The notes: generated from the sequence alone by a model not told the origin. Positions 43,966 to 52,723 are shown, counted from the first letter of the stretch. The stretch: DNA of 64,000 nucleotides from an uncultured Candidatus Saccharibacteria bacterium (GCA_946537195.1 CAMNFE010000001.1:4435-68434); one strand, 5' to 3'. Translations and numbers: made by a program.

Positions 43966-45029
43966 TAATCTTCGTCGTTTTTAGCGGCTTCACGAACTTT
44001 TGCCTCAATTTCATCCATAAGTTCTGGTTTTTCTTTGAAGAGTCGCTTAACAGCCTCACGGCCTTGGCCAAGTGTCTCACCATTGTACTTAAAGAAAGCG
44101 CCAGATTTTTCGACGATGCCATATTGTACAGAAAGATCGAGTACATCACCTGTTTTGCTGATGCCTTCGTTGTACATAATATCGAACTCGGCCGTGCGGA
44201 ATGGCGCAGCGATTTTGTTTTTAACGACTTTAATCTTTGTACGGTTACCAGCGATATTGTCGCCATCCTTAATTTGACCAATACGACGAATATCGACGCG
44301 TACTGATGCGTAGAATTTAAGAGCGTTGCCGCCGGTAGTTGTTTCTGGGTTGCCAAACATAACGCCGATCTTCATGCGAATCTGGTTAATAAATATTACC
44401 GTAGCTTTAGTCTTACTGATAATACCGGTCAGCTTGCGCATTGCCTGAGACATGAGGCGAGCCTGGAGACCCATCTGCGCATCACCCATATCGCCGTCAA
44501 TTTCAGCCTGCGGCACCAAGGCAGCTACAGAGTCGACAACAATCAAATCTACAGCACCAGAACGAACGAGCGTTTCACAAATTTCGAGAGCTTGCTCACC
44601 ATTATCCGGCTGAGAAATAAGCAAATCGTCGGTTTTTACGCCGATTTTACGCGCGTAAGCTGGATCTAGAGCGTGCTCGGCATCAATAAATGCTGCTTGG
44701 CCGCCTTGCTTTTGAATTTCAGCGATTGCATGTAACGCGAGAGTTGTTTTACCAGAAGACTCTGGGCCATAAATCTCAATAATACGGCCTTTAGGAAAAC
44801 CGCCGCCTAGAGCTAAATCGAACGCAAGCGAACCGCTAGAAAAAAGTTCAACATCAATCTTGGAATGCTCGCCCAATTTCATAATTGAGCCGTCACCAAA
44901 TTGTTTAGTAATCTGCGAAAGCGCAAGACTTAAAGCCTGTTTTTTGCCTTCGTCCATTGCGGATGCTTTTTTTGTATCTTTTTTATCTTTACCTGACGTA
45001 CCCACCGCTTCCTGACTCTTCTTAGCCAC
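43965..45029 (-). CDS. recA: recombinase RecA
   Basis: [13 protein letters not shown], the L1/L2 loops and full-length similarity to RecA. GTG start with an AGGAGG RBS. Confidence 0.97.
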   Translation of the reverse strand: MAKKSQEAVGTSGKDKKDTKKASAMDEGKKQALSLALSQITKQFGDGSIMKLGEHSKIDVELFSSGSLAFDLALGGGFPKGRIIEIYGPESSGKTTLALHAIAEIQKQGGQAAFIDAEHALDPAYARKIGVKTDDLLISQPDNGEQALEICETLVRSGAVDLIVVDSVAALVPQAEIDGDMGDAQMGLQARLMSQAMRKLTGIISKTKATVIFINQIRMKIGVMFGNPETTTGGNALKFYASVRVDIRRIGQIKDGDNIAGNRTKIKVVKNKIAAPFRTAEFDIMYNEGISKTGDVLDLSVQYGIVEKSGAFFKYNGETLGQGREAVKRLFKEKPELMDEIEAKVREAAKNDED

Positions 45030-45078
45030 TTGAACCTCCTATTTATACTTATATTTTATCTTATTATCGGGGTAAAAT

Positions 45079-45477
45079 CTAGCAGCACGACAACCGCAAA
45101 TTGCGTGTTTGATAGACATGATGCGTCTTGGGGCGAAAGGGTGCAAAATCTTCAAAGAAATATGCAATTAAGGTTTCAATGCGATTGCGTATATGACTTG
45201 GAATATCTTTATGCTTGCGATAAATACCATTCATGCGGTTTGCGACTGGCGCATAGAACACTTCCCCGGTGCGTAAATCGATGCCGACGCCAAATATGTT
45301 AATAGCACGACTATGGAATTTGTATTGGAGTGCGTCGCGTAAATCAACGAGATAATCATCACCAGTAGCTATGACGCCATTTTTAATATCAACGGCCGCC
45401 CAAATATAGTTGCTTGAGTAACGGCGAATTTGAGCAACTTCCGATGCATTTAGCTTCATTTTTTTGATAAATCTCAT
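45079..45477 (-). CDS. hypothetical protein (132 aa)
   Basis: Clean ORF with an AAGGAGG RBS. I cannot name a family from the sequence. Confidence 0.5.
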   Translation of the reverse strand: MRFIKKMKLNASEVAQIRRYSSNYIWAAVDIKNGVIATGDDYLVDLRDALQYKFHSRAINIFGVGIDLRTGEVFYAPVANRMNGIYRKHKDIPSHIRNRIETLIAYFFEDFAPFRPKTHHVYQTRNLRLSCC

Positions 45478-45594
45478 TTTCCTCCTTTACATTACATTTT
45501 GAAGAAGATACCTCAAAAATATCACCAACAATTGTCCACAAAAAGCATCAGCTCAATATTTTTGACAGAGCCACCTGCTAAACAGTTAAAAATA

Positions 45595-45603
45595 TGTTAA
45601 AAT
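45595..45603 (+). promoter_or_regulatory. extended -10 promoter (TGTTAAAAT) for yebC
   Basis: About 36 nt upstream of ATG 45640. An AAGGAAAG RBS is present. Confidence 0.45.
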
Positions 45604-45639
45604 ATAAAAAGTTAAGAATAAAAAAGTAAGGAAAGATAT

Positions 45640-46341
45640 ATGAGCGGACACAGCAAATGGGCAACCACCAAACGCCAGAAGGCCGTCGTAGACGCCAAGC
45701 GTGGTGCGTTGTTTACAAAAATCGGCAACCAAATCGCTATCGCAGCGCGTAGTGGTACCGACCCCGCTATGAACCCTTCCCTCGCAATGGTTTTGGAAAA
45801 AGCGCGTCTAGCCAATATGCCAAAAGCAAATATTGAGCGTGCGATTGCGCGCGTGGCCGACAAAAGCGCTGCTGCGCTTATCGAGGAGACGTATGAGGCT
45901 TACGGACCTGGCGGCGTAGGTATTATCATTGAAGTCGCAACAGACAACAAAAACCGCACCATGCCAGAAGTGCGTCATACGCTCGAAAAGAATGGCGGTC
46001 GCATGGCAGATCCAGGCTCGGTTATGTTCCAATTCACACGTAAAGGCGTCATTTTCACAAAAGCTAAAGGCGATGAAGTCATGATGGCCGCGCTTGATGC
46101 TGGCGCTGAAGATGTTGCGGATGAAGAAGATGGCACAACTATCTACACTGCGGCTGGCGACCTCGCCAAAGTTCGCAGCGGACTAATTGATGCGGGGTAC
46201 GAGATTGATTCGGCCGAGTTACAGTATGTTGCCAACAATACTGTACCAGTAGATGAAGAAAACGCGCCAAAAGTCGAAAAGATTCTTGACGCGATTGATG
46301 ATCTTGACGATGTCGTAGCGGTTCATACTAACGCGGAATAA
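45640..46341 (+). CDS. yebC: YebC/PmpR family DNA-binding transcriptional regulator
   Basis: MSGHSKWATTKRQKAVVDAKRG... is the canonical N-terminus. Confidence 0.9.
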   Translation: MSGHSKWATTKRQKAVVDAKRGALFTKIGNQIAIAARSGTDPAMNPSLAMVLEKARLANMPKANIERAIARVADKSAAALIEETYEAYGPGGVGIIIEVATDNKNRTMPEVRHTLEKNGGRMADPGSVMFQFTRKGVIFTKAKGDEVMMAALDAGAEDVADEEDGTTIYTAAGDLAKVRSGLIDAGYEIDSAELQYVANNTVPVDEENAPKVEKILDAIDDLDDVVAVHTNAE

Positions 46342-46346
46342 TTAAT

Positions 46347-46380
46347 TAAAAAATAGCCTCTCTCAGGAGGCTATTTTTTT
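46347..46380. terminator. bidirectional intrinsic terminator
   Basis: aaaaaa-tagcctc/tctcag/gaggcta-ttttttt, between convergent yebC and dut. Confidence 0.75.
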
Positions 46381-46813
46381 ATTTAAGTCCAGTAGAACCG
46401 AAACCGCCGGAACGATTAGTCTCGGATAGTTTAGAAACCTCTTCAAATTCCACGTGCTCATATTTGGCAACTACGCCCTGTGCAATGCGCATGCCTGGCT
46501 CAATAACAAAGTCTTGATTGCTGTGATTTTTAAGCAATACGCGCATTTCGCCACGATAGTCCGAATCGATTGTGCCGACTCCATTAAGTAGCGAGACCTG
46601 ATGTTTATAGGCGAGGCCGCTACGACTACGAATCTGCAACTCGTAACCTTCCGGAATTTCTACACCTACTCCGGTATCAAAAGCATGAATTTCGCCCGGC
46701 TTCATAGTATACGGTTCGTCGAGTCGAGCACAGAAGTCAAAGCCAGCTGCGCCTTTGGTTTGATAAGCTGGAATAATAGCATCTTTATGAAATTTGATTA
46801 TTTTCATCTTCAT
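46379..46813 (-). CDS. dut: dUTP diphosphatase
   Basis: AGFDF, GVGTIDSDYRGE and RSGGFGSTG motifs. Confidence 0.9.
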   Translation of the reverse strand: MKMKIIKFHKDAIIPAYQTKGAAGFDFCARLDEPYTMKPGEIHAFDTGVGVEIPEGYELQIRSRSGLAYKHQVSLLNGVGTIDSDYRGEMRVLLKNHSNQDFVIEPGMRIAQGVVAKYEHVEFEEVSKLSETNRSGGFGSTGLK

Positions 46814-46821
46814 ATAAAGAT

Positions 46822-46827
46822 ATTATA
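46822..46827 (-). promoter_or_regulatory. -10 hexamer TATAAT for dut
   Basis: 8 nt upstream of ATG 46813, and there is no SD. Confidence 0.4.
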
Positions 46828-46834
46828 TAAGATG

Positions 46835-46843
46835 TGATATAAT
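46835..46843 (+). promoter_or_regulatory. extended -10 promoter (TGATATAAT) for tRNA-Ser
   Basis: The hexamer ends 10 nt before the mature tRNA 5' end. Confidence 0.5.
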
Positions 46844-46853
46844 TCCATCTAGT

Positions 46854-46942
46854 GGAAGGGTGGCCGAGTGGTTTAAGGCACCGGTCTTGAAAACCGGCGT
46901 GGTTAATAGCCACCGTGAGTTCGAATCTCACCCCTTCCGCCA
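46854..46942 (+). tRNA. tRNA-Ser (anticodon UGA), long variable arm, CCA encoded
   Basis: 89 nt: acceptor GGAAGGG/CCCTTCC, anticodon loop CTTGAAA. Confidence 0.9.
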
Positions 46943-46948
46943 ATTGAA

Positions 46949-46970
46949 TGACCCGTGAGGGTTATTTTTT
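46949..46970 (+). terminator. intrinsic terminator after tRNA-Ser
   Basis: tgaccc/gtga/gggtta (one G-U pair) followed by TTTTTT. Confidence 0.55.
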
Positions 46971-46982
46971 GTGGCGACCATA

Positions 46983-46991
46983 TGCTAAAAT
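46983..46991 (+). promoter_or_regulatory. extended -10 promoter (TGCTAAAAT) for glgB
   Basis: 13 nt before ATG 47005 with no SD, so the leader is very short. Confidence 0.5.
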
Positions 46992-47004
46992 TTAGATACT
47001 GACT

Positions 47005-49008
47005 ATGGCAAATAAAAAGTATAAAATTCTAGAGATTGACCCATGGCTTGAACCATTTGAAAGCGACATTAATCTACGCATGCAACATTATTGGGACGTG
47101 CGTCATGCTTTAGTAGGAGACGGCGATTTAGCGAGTTTTGCAAATGGATATATGTTTTTCGGACTCGCACGTGTAAAAGATGGTTGGATTTATCGAGAGT
47201 GGGCGCCTGGCGCAGATGAAATGCATTTAATTGGCGATTTTAATAATTGGGATCGTAGAGCACATCCAATGCATCGGACGGAATCTGGTATTTGGGAAGT
47301 TAAAATTAGAGGCCGCAACAAAATAAAACATGGTCAAAAAATAAAAGTTCAAGTCACTAGACGTGGACGCAAATTTGACCGTATTCCACTTTATATGAAT
47401 CATGTCGTTCAAGATAAATTGACGCATGGTTTTGTGGGCGAGATTTGGGCACCGGAAAAAACATTTCATTGGACTGATAGCGGCTGGCGTGATCGAAAAC
47501 TCGATTCTCTGCTGATATACGAAGCGCATGTTGGCATGGCGCAAGAAAAAGAAGGTATCGGTACTTATCGTGAATTTGCCGATAAAATATTACCGCGCAT
47601 TGTAGATGAAGGTTACACGGCCGTACAGTTAATGGCAATTCAAGAGCATCCATACTATGCCTCATTCGGCTATCAAGTTTCGAATTTTTACGCCGCTTCA
47701 AGTTGGTACGGCAATCCAGATGATTTGAAGTACTTAGTAAATAAAGCTCACGAACTAGGCTTGAAAGTTTTGCTCGATGTTGTCCATTCGCACGCAATCA
47801 AAAATACCGCTGAAGGTATCAATATGTTCGACGGCACTTTTAACCAATTCTTCTTGACTGGCGAAGCGGGAAATCACCCGGCTTGGGACACGAAATTATT
47901 TAATTACGCCAAACATGAGGTCATCCATTTCCTGCTTTCGAACTTGAAATATTGGATGGAAGAATATCATTTTGACGGCTTCCGTTTTGATGGCGTTACA
48001 AGCATGTGCTACCACCATCACGGATTAGGCGTAGACTTTTCTAACTATAAACAATACTTTGACGTCTTTACGAACACCGACGCAATCACCTATTTGCAGC
48101 TCGCAAATGCATTAATTCACGAAGTAAACCCTAACGCCATTACGATCGCCGAAGAAATGAGCGGCATGCCAGGCATGTGTATTCCAATTAATGATGGCGG
48201 CATTGGTTTTGATTACCGTTTAGCAATGGGGATTCCAGACTATTGGATTAAGGCGCTAAAAGAAAAAGACGAAAAACGCGACATGCACAAAATGTGGCAT
48301 GAATTAACTACGCGACGTCCAGCCGAAAAAAGTATCGGTTACGCCGAGTCGCATGATCAGGCTCTAGTAGGCGACAAGACTTTAATTTTCCGCATGGCTG
48401 ATGCTGAAATGTATCAAGGCATGAATAAAGCCTACCACTCCCCTGTTATTGACCGCGCCATTGAAATGCACAAATTAATCCGCTTCGCGACTTTAACCAT
48501 GGCTTGTGACGGTTATTTAAATTTCATGGGCAATGAATTTGGACATCCCGAATGGATAGACTTTCCACGCGAAGGAAATGGCTGGAGCTTTAAATATGCT
48601 CGTCGTCAGTGGTCGCTCGCTGACGATGGTTTCCTAAAATACGAATGGCTGCTCAACTTTGATAAAGCAATGGTGGATTTCGCCAAAAAGAACGGCATTT
48701 TGAAGAAAAATAGTATCGAAAATCTTTGGATAGACGAAAAAACAAAAATTATAGCTTTTGCACGGGGCAACCTGCTATATGCATTTAACTTTCACCCCAG
48801 CGAATCAGCAACAAAGTTCTTCCTACATGCACATACGCTTGGTGCCGGTAATTATCAGGCAATCTTTTCTACAGATGAACTCGATTTTGGCGGCCAGGAC
48901 AGAATCGATAAAAAATACGTTTACTCGACAGTTTCTGACAAACGTGGAACCGGTTTTGAAATATACCTACCATGCCGTAGCGCAGTAGTCTTCCGCAAGA
49001 AAAAGTGA
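47005..49008 (+). CDS. glgB: 1,4-alpha-glucan branching enzyme, eukaryote-type (GH13_8-like)
   Basis: LLDVVHSHA, FDGFRFDGVTSM, ITIAEEMSGMP, YAESHDQALVGDK and YLNFMGNEFGHPEWIDFPR. From memory these are nearly identical to animal GBE1 blocks. TGA stop. Confidence 0.9.
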   Translation: MANKKYKILEIDPWLEPFESDINLRMQHYWDVRHALVGDGDLASFANGYMFFGLARVKDGWIYREWAPGADEMHLIGDFNNWDRRAHPMHRTESGIWEVKIRGRNKIKHGQKIKVQVTRRGRKFDRIPLYMNHVVQDKLTHGFVGEIWAPEKTFHWTDSGWRDRKLDSLLIYEAHVGMAQEKEGIGTYREFADKILPRIVDEGYTAVQLMAIQEHPYYASFGYQVSNFYAASSWYGNPDDLKYLVNKAHELGLKVLLDVVHSHAIKNTAEGINMFDGTFNQFFLTGEAGNHPAWDTKLFNYAKHEVIHFLLSNLKYWMEEYHFDGFRFDGVTSMCYHHHGLGVDFSNYKQYFDVFTNTDAITYLQLANALIHEVNPNAITIAEEMSGMPGMCIPINDGGIGFDYRLAMGIPDYWIKALKEKDEKRDMHKMWHELTTRRPAEKSIGYAESHDQALVGDKTLIFRMADAEMYQGMNKAYHSPVIDRAIEMHKLIRFATLTMACDGYLNFMGNEFGHPEWIDFPREGNGWSFKYARRQWSLADDGFLKYEWLLNFDKAMVDFAKKNGILKKNSIENLWIDEKTKIIAFARGNLLYAFNFHPSESATKFFLHAHTLGAGNYQAIFSTDELDFGGQDRIDKKYVYSTVSDKRGTGFEIYLPCRSAVVFRKKK

Positions 49009-49024
49009 CAAACATGTCATCTTA

Positions 49025-49033
49025 TGATATACT
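49025..49033 (+). promoter_or_regulatory. extended -10 promoter (TGATATACT) for the tRNA(CAU) unit
   Basis: The predicted transcription start (TSS) falls just before the 5' arm of the helix that encloses the tRNA. Confidence 0.4.
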
Positions 49034-49042
49034 TTTTTGAGC

Positions 49043-49151
49043 AAATACCTTTTCATTAGTGGCACCATAGCTCAGCTGGTTAGAGCGTAGGACTCATAAG
49101 CCTAAGGTCACTGGTTCGATCCCAGTTGGTGCTACCAATGAAAGGGTATTT
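49043..49151 (+). other. 15-bp helix (one G-U pair) whose arms flank tRNA(CAU), followed by a T-run
   Basis: 5' arm aaataccttttcatt (49043-49057) pairs with aatgaaagggtattt (49137-49151). Confidence 0.7.
49061..49137 (+). tRNA. tRNA with anticodon CAU (elongator Met or lysidine-modified Ile2; not initiator-like), CCA encoded
   Basis: 77 nt: anticodon loop CTCATAA, G1-U72 wobble, and no three-G:C stack in the anticodon stem. Confidence 0.8.
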
Positions 49152-49157
49152 TTAATA

Positions 49158-49166
49158 TGGTAAAAT
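49158..49166 (+). promoter_or_regulatory. extended -10 promoter (TGGTAAAAT), leaderless pilin gene
   Basis: 6 nt between the hexamer and ATG 49173. Confidence 0.55.
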
Positions 49167-49172
49167 AATGGT

Positions 49173-49565
49173 ATGAAAACGAAAAAAGGTTTCACTGTTC
49201 TTGAATTGATCCTATGTATTATCTTTGTAGGAATATTTGTAGTTCTTTTCTTCTTTCAAAAAGTAAATGCTGACGCAATGGATCGCGACGAAAAGCGTAA
49301 AACCGCTATCAATGCGATGTTCTTTGCACTAGAAGAGGGCTATTACGAGAAAAACCAATATTACCCAGAAAAAATCGAAAAATCTGAAGTATTACCATGG
49401 ATAGACCCGAATTTGTTTACCGACCCATACGGAACGCCACTCTGGGGAGAAGGTAGTAATTACGTCTACGAAGCTAAAAACTGCGAAGATGGCAAATGTA
49501 AATCATATGAATTACGTTCTACAATGGAAAAAGAAGACGATTATATAAAAACAAGTCGCCACTAA
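49173..49565 (+). CDS. type IV pilin (prepilin-type N-terminal cleavage/methylation domain), 130 aa
   Basis: MKTKKG/FTVLELILCIIFVGIFVVLFFF: canonical G/FTxxE site. A C-terminal Cys pair (CEDGKC) is present. Confidence 0.75.
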   Translation: MKTKKGFTVLELILCIIFVGIFVVLFFFQKVNADAMDRDEKRKTAINAMFFALEEGYYEKNQYYPEKIEKSEVLPWIDPNLFTDPYGTPLWGEGSNYVYEAKNCEDGKCKSYELRSTMEKEDDYIKTSRH

Positions 49566-49592
49566 AAAATCCGCCCCAAGGGGCGGTTTTTT
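49564..49592. terminator. bidirectional intrinsic terminator
   Basis: aaaaaat-ccgccc/caag/gggcgg-tttttt. Confidence 0.8.
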
Positions 49593-50193
49593 AATAGTCT
49601 TCCGATTCGCGTTTGCGATGTTTTTTGTTCTCGTAAACGAGGTGAGAAATAATTTTTACTTCATCGTGCGGGGTATCAAGATATTTGAAAGTATAGGTTG
49701 TTTCGTCGCCAACCGTAGACATACGAAGCGTGCCAATTTGTACTAGGTGCTCTACTAGGGTCTGTTGGCGAAATGAGACATCCTCGATACGGCGAAGCTC
49801 GATGATATTAGTGGAATTCGCAAAAAGAGACGAGCGCGATTTCTGAATCGCGCGTTGATTTGTGATAAACATCTCGTTGGCATTATAGATACTTTGACCA
49901 ATGATGCCACCAGCAAATATCACCGTGTATAGCGCAAATATAGCAATGCGAAGATAATGGAGAGATGTCTCATTAATAGTTAATAACGTCTGATCAACCT
50001 TAATGTTATTTGCAATGAGGATTAGGGCGAGACTAAGGACAATAATACAAAGAGCTACCATGCTCCAGATAGCGATAATACCAATACGAGAACGTTTAAG
50101 ATGAAGCACGACATGCTCATCGGCCTCTAAATTAAGCTCTGGATAATCTTTTGCGCTACGCGCGTGTTTGACTTGCGCTAATTCCTCTTTCAT
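49591..50193 (-). CDS. bacterial PH domain (bPH_2/YdbS-like) membrane protein
   Basis: Two TM hairpins followed by ...FITNQRAIQKSRSSLF...IEDVSFRQQTLVEHLVQIGTLRMSTVG, typical of DUF304/bPH_2. Confidence 0.6.
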   Translation of the reverse strand: MKEELAQVKHARSAKDYPELNLEADEHVVLHLKRSRIGIIAIWSMVALCIIVLSLALILIANNIKVDQTLLTINETSLHYLRIAIFALYTVIFAGGIIGQSIYNANEMFITNQRAIQKSRSSLFANSTNIIELRRIEDVSFRQQTLVEHLVQIGTLRMSTVGDETTYTFKYLDTPHDEVKIISHLVYENKKHRKRESEDY

Positions 50194-50199
50194 GGCGTG

Positions 50200-50208
50200 A
50201 TTATAACA
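50200..50208 (-). promoter_or_regulatory. extended -10 promoter (TGTTATAAT), leaderless
   Basis: TGTTATAAT-cacgcc-ATG(50193). Confidence 0.55.
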
Positions 50209-50236
50209 TATATTTGTTATTTTGGCTAATATATTT

Positions 50237-50265
50237 TTGACATATGCGCCTTAAAATGGTATAAT
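50237..50265 (+). promoter_or_regulatory. consensus promoter TTGACA-17-(TGg)TATAAT
   Basis: The hexamers and spacer were counted directly. AAAGGAAC RBS before ATG 50290. Confidence 0.65.
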
Positions 50266-50289
50266 TAGTCAGTAAAAAGGAACCAATAA

Positions 50290-50802
50290 ATGTCGCAAAA
50301 AACTATAATTGGCCGCGACGCGAAAGTCTCTTTCGTAGGTTTGGCCGAAGACGTACCAGCAAAAGTAGACACTGGCGCAGACGCTTCAGCTGTGTGGGCA
50401 AGTGATATTTTTGTAGACAAAGACGGTATTCTTCATTATAAGCTTTTCGATAAAGGTTCCCCGTATTATACAGGAGAAGAAATAACGACCGACGAATACT
50501 CGGTAGCAGTGGTAAAAAGCGCTTCCGGTGATGTCGTCATGAAATATAAAGTAAAGTTATCTATATGTATCAACGGAAGACGAATCGGGGCCGTCTTCGG
50601 GCTAAGCGACCGTTCAACCCACAATTACCCAATTTTAATCGGACGCAGGACTTTACAGGGGAAATTTATAGTAGACGTTGAGGAAAAAGCAACAAAAACA
50701 ACGAAGGAAACAAAAGCGACACCGAAACTCAACGAACAGATGCGAGAAGATCCTTATAAGTTTTATAAAGAACAATACCTAAACGGAGTAGATGAGAAAT
50801 GA
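50290..50802 (+). CDS. RimK-associated retropepsin-like putative protease (DUF785)
   Basis: VPAKVDTGADASAVWA...YPILIGRRTL. ATGA overlap with rimK. Confidence 0.65.
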   Translation: MSQKTIIGRDAKVSFVGLAEDVPAKVDTGADASAVWASDIFVDKDGILHYKLFDKGSPYYTGEEITTDEYSVAVVKSASGDVVMKYKVKLSICINGRRIGAVFGLSDRSTHNYPILIGRRTLQGKFIVDVEEKATKTTKETKATPKLNEQMREDPYKFYKEQYLNGVDEK

Positions 50803-51710
50803 AGATTGCTATCCTTTCAAACGGAAACGCGAACTATTCCACCAAACGCTTAGTCGAAGAGGCGGAAAAGCGCGGTCACGAAGTAAAAGTTATAAAATAT
50901 AAGAACTGTTACCTATCGATCGAACAAGGCCAAAACCAAGTATTTTACAAAGGTAAACCATTGCGCAAATACGATGCAATTATTCCACGTATTTCGTCCA
51001 ATATGACTAAATATGGTACCGCAATCGTACGTCAGCTTGAAATGCAAGGTGAATATTGTTTATCGAAATCGCTCGCTATTACGCGTGCACGCGACAAACT
51101 TCGTTCAATGCAGCTTCTAGCAAAATACAATATTGATATTCCAAAGACTGTCGTATCGCGCGATTCGGCCGATATTGATCAGCTACTTGATCAGCTTGAT
51201 GGCGCTCCAGTTATCATTAAGCTTGCTAGTGGCACGCATGGTAACGGTGTAGTTCTTGCCGAGACTAAGAAAGCTGCTAAATCTACTCTTCAGGCTTTCT
51301 ATCTTACCAACGATCAGGGCACTAACATTCTCTTGCAAGAGTTCATTAAAGAGTCTGCCGGTACCGATATTCGTGCATTTGTAGTGGGTAGCAAGGTTGT
51401 TGCCAGCATGCAACGCCAAAGTTTGGATGACGACTTCCGTTCTAATCTCCACAAGGGTGGTAGCGGTAAGCCAATTAAACTGACCCCGGAAGAAGAAAAA
51501 GTTGCCGTGAAAGCCGCAAAAATTATGGGTCTTTCTGTAGCCGGTGTTGATATTATGCGTTCTTCCCGTGGTCCACTCGTACTTGAGGTGAATGCGTCTC
51601 CGGGTTTCGGTATCGAACGCGTTACTGGTCGCAATGTGGCTGGTAAGATTATTGAATATGTCGAGCGCAACGCCAATCGCACTATCCGCAAAGACCGCGT
51701 CGGTGCATAA
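50799..51710 (+). CDS. rimK: RimK family alpha-L-glutamate ligase (ATP-grasp)
   Basis: ATP-grasp layout ...PVIIKLASGTHGNGVVLAE...LQEFIKESAGTDIRAFVVG...LEVNASPG. Confidence 0.85.
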   Translation: MKIAILSNGNANYSTKRLVEEAEKRGHEVKVIKYKNCYLSIEQGQNQVFYKGKPLRKYDAIIPRISSNMTKYGTAIVRQLEMQGEYCLSKSLAITRARDKLRSMQLLAKYNIDIPKTVVSRDSADIDQLLDQLDGAPVIIKLASGTHGNGVVLAETKKAAKSTLQAFYLTNDQGTNILLQEFIKESAGTDIRAFVVGSKVVASMQRQSLDDDFRSNLHKGGSGKPIKLTPEEEKVAVKAAKIMGLSVAGVDIMRSSRGPLVLEVNASPGFGIERVTGRNVAGKIIEYVERNANRTIRKDRVGA

Positions 51711-51728
51711 ATAATCTTAAAAACAAAG

Positions 51729-51756
51729 CTGGAGTCGCAAATGGCTCCAGTTTTTT
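51729..51756 (+). terminator. intrinsic terminator after rimK
   Basis: ctggag / 10-nt loop / ctccag followed by TTTTTT. Confidence 0.55.
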
Positions 51757-51757
51757 G

Positions 51758-51766
51758 TGTTAGAAT
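51758..51766 (+). promoter_or_regulatory. extended -10 promoter (TGTTAGAAT)
   Basis: 12 nt before ATG 51779, and there is no SD. Confidence 0.45.
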
Positions 51767-51778
51767 AGAAAATAGCTT

Positions 51779-52237
51779 ATGGTTTTAGCAGTTGTACTCG
51801 CAGCACTACTTCTCTGTTTTCTGCTCGTACGTCACCATGTTGGCGTACCGTTTTTGGCTATGATTGCAGGTCTCGCAGTTTATGAACATTTCGGCTCAAC
51901 TTTTGCTTGGTTTTTAAACCAATGGATCCCGGCATTATCAGTTGAAATTGCCGAAGTCGGAATTTACGTATTACTTGTTGCGATTGCGCCGCTTGTCCTT
52001 TATCTTCGCGCTGGTAAAAGCGGCCTATTTGGCGCTATGCGCGCGGTAGAATCGATTATATTCGCCGTAATGCTTACCGCTCTGCTTGCTGGGCCACTAG
52101 TCAGCCTATTCAGTTTCGATAGCCTTGCCGCAACAATCGCAGGCCAGATTGAAAGTGTGCGCGGAATTATTTTAGTAGTTGGTATTATTTTTGCGTACGT
52201 AGATACTTTCTTGTACCGCTCAGGTCGGATTTCCTAA
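51779..52237 (+). CDS. small polytopic membrane protein, unknown function
   Basis: Four to five hydrophobic helices. Its 3' end overlaps the convergent trmH-family gene by 53 nt. Confidence 0.4.
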   Translation: MVLAVVLAALLLCFLLVRHHVGVPFLAMIAGLAVYEHFGSTFAWFLNQWIPALSVEIAEVGIYVLLVAIAPLVLYLRAGKSGLFGAMRAVESIIFAVMLTALLAGPLVSLFSFDSLAATIAGQIESVRGIILVVGIIFAYVDTFLYRSGRIS

Positions 52238-52709
52238 GTTCCCAAAGGGCGATACCGGCCGCAACGGAGACATTATAGGATTCTTTTGCGCCGCACATCG
52301 GAATTTCTAGCAAATCGTCACATTCTTCGAGTACATCACTAGGGACACCATTAACCTCTTCTCCGAGTATGAGTGTAATATTTTCAGGATATTCTTGAGG
52401 TTCAGACATATTAAGAGATGCCGGCCCTTGCTCTAATGCCAAAATAGTGCTGCCCTGTTCGCGAAAAAGATTGATTGCCTCGTGAATGTCATCAATGCGA
52501 TTCCAAGTCAGCAAATCCTCGGCGCCAAGCGCGGTCTTGTGGATCTGTTTTCTAAGCTTAGCTTGTTCGTGCGGTAAGCCCTTATCGATAAAAGGCGTAT
52601 AGCCAGAGAAAATGACAAAATTAACACCGAGACAATCACAGGTGCGTAAAATAGCGCCAACATTATAGGTTGAACGAATATTATGAAGAATAACTGTAAG
52701 CGTTTTCAT
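52185..52709 (-). CDS. SpoU/TrmH family RNA 2'-O-methyltransferase
   Basis: IRSTYNVGAILRTCDCLGV...LILGEEVNGV...IPMCGAKESYNVSVAAGIALWE. Confidence 0.8.
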   Translation of the reverse strand: MKTLTVILHNIRSTYNVGAILRTCDCLGVNFVIFSGYTPFIDKGLPHEQAKLRKQIHKTALGAEDLLTWNRIDDIHEAINLFREQGSTILALEQGPASLNMSEPQEYPENITLILGEEVNGVPSDVLEECDDLLEIPMCGAKESYNVSVAAGIALWELRKSDLSGTRKYLRTQK

Positions 52710-52717
52710 GTTACAAT
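52709..52717 (+). promoter_or_regulatory. extended -10 promoter (TGTTACAAT), leaderless pilB
   Basis: 6 nt between the hexamer and ATG 52724. The motif overlaps the start codon of the divergent trmH-family gene. Confidence 0.55.
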
Positions 52718-52723
52718 TAGATT

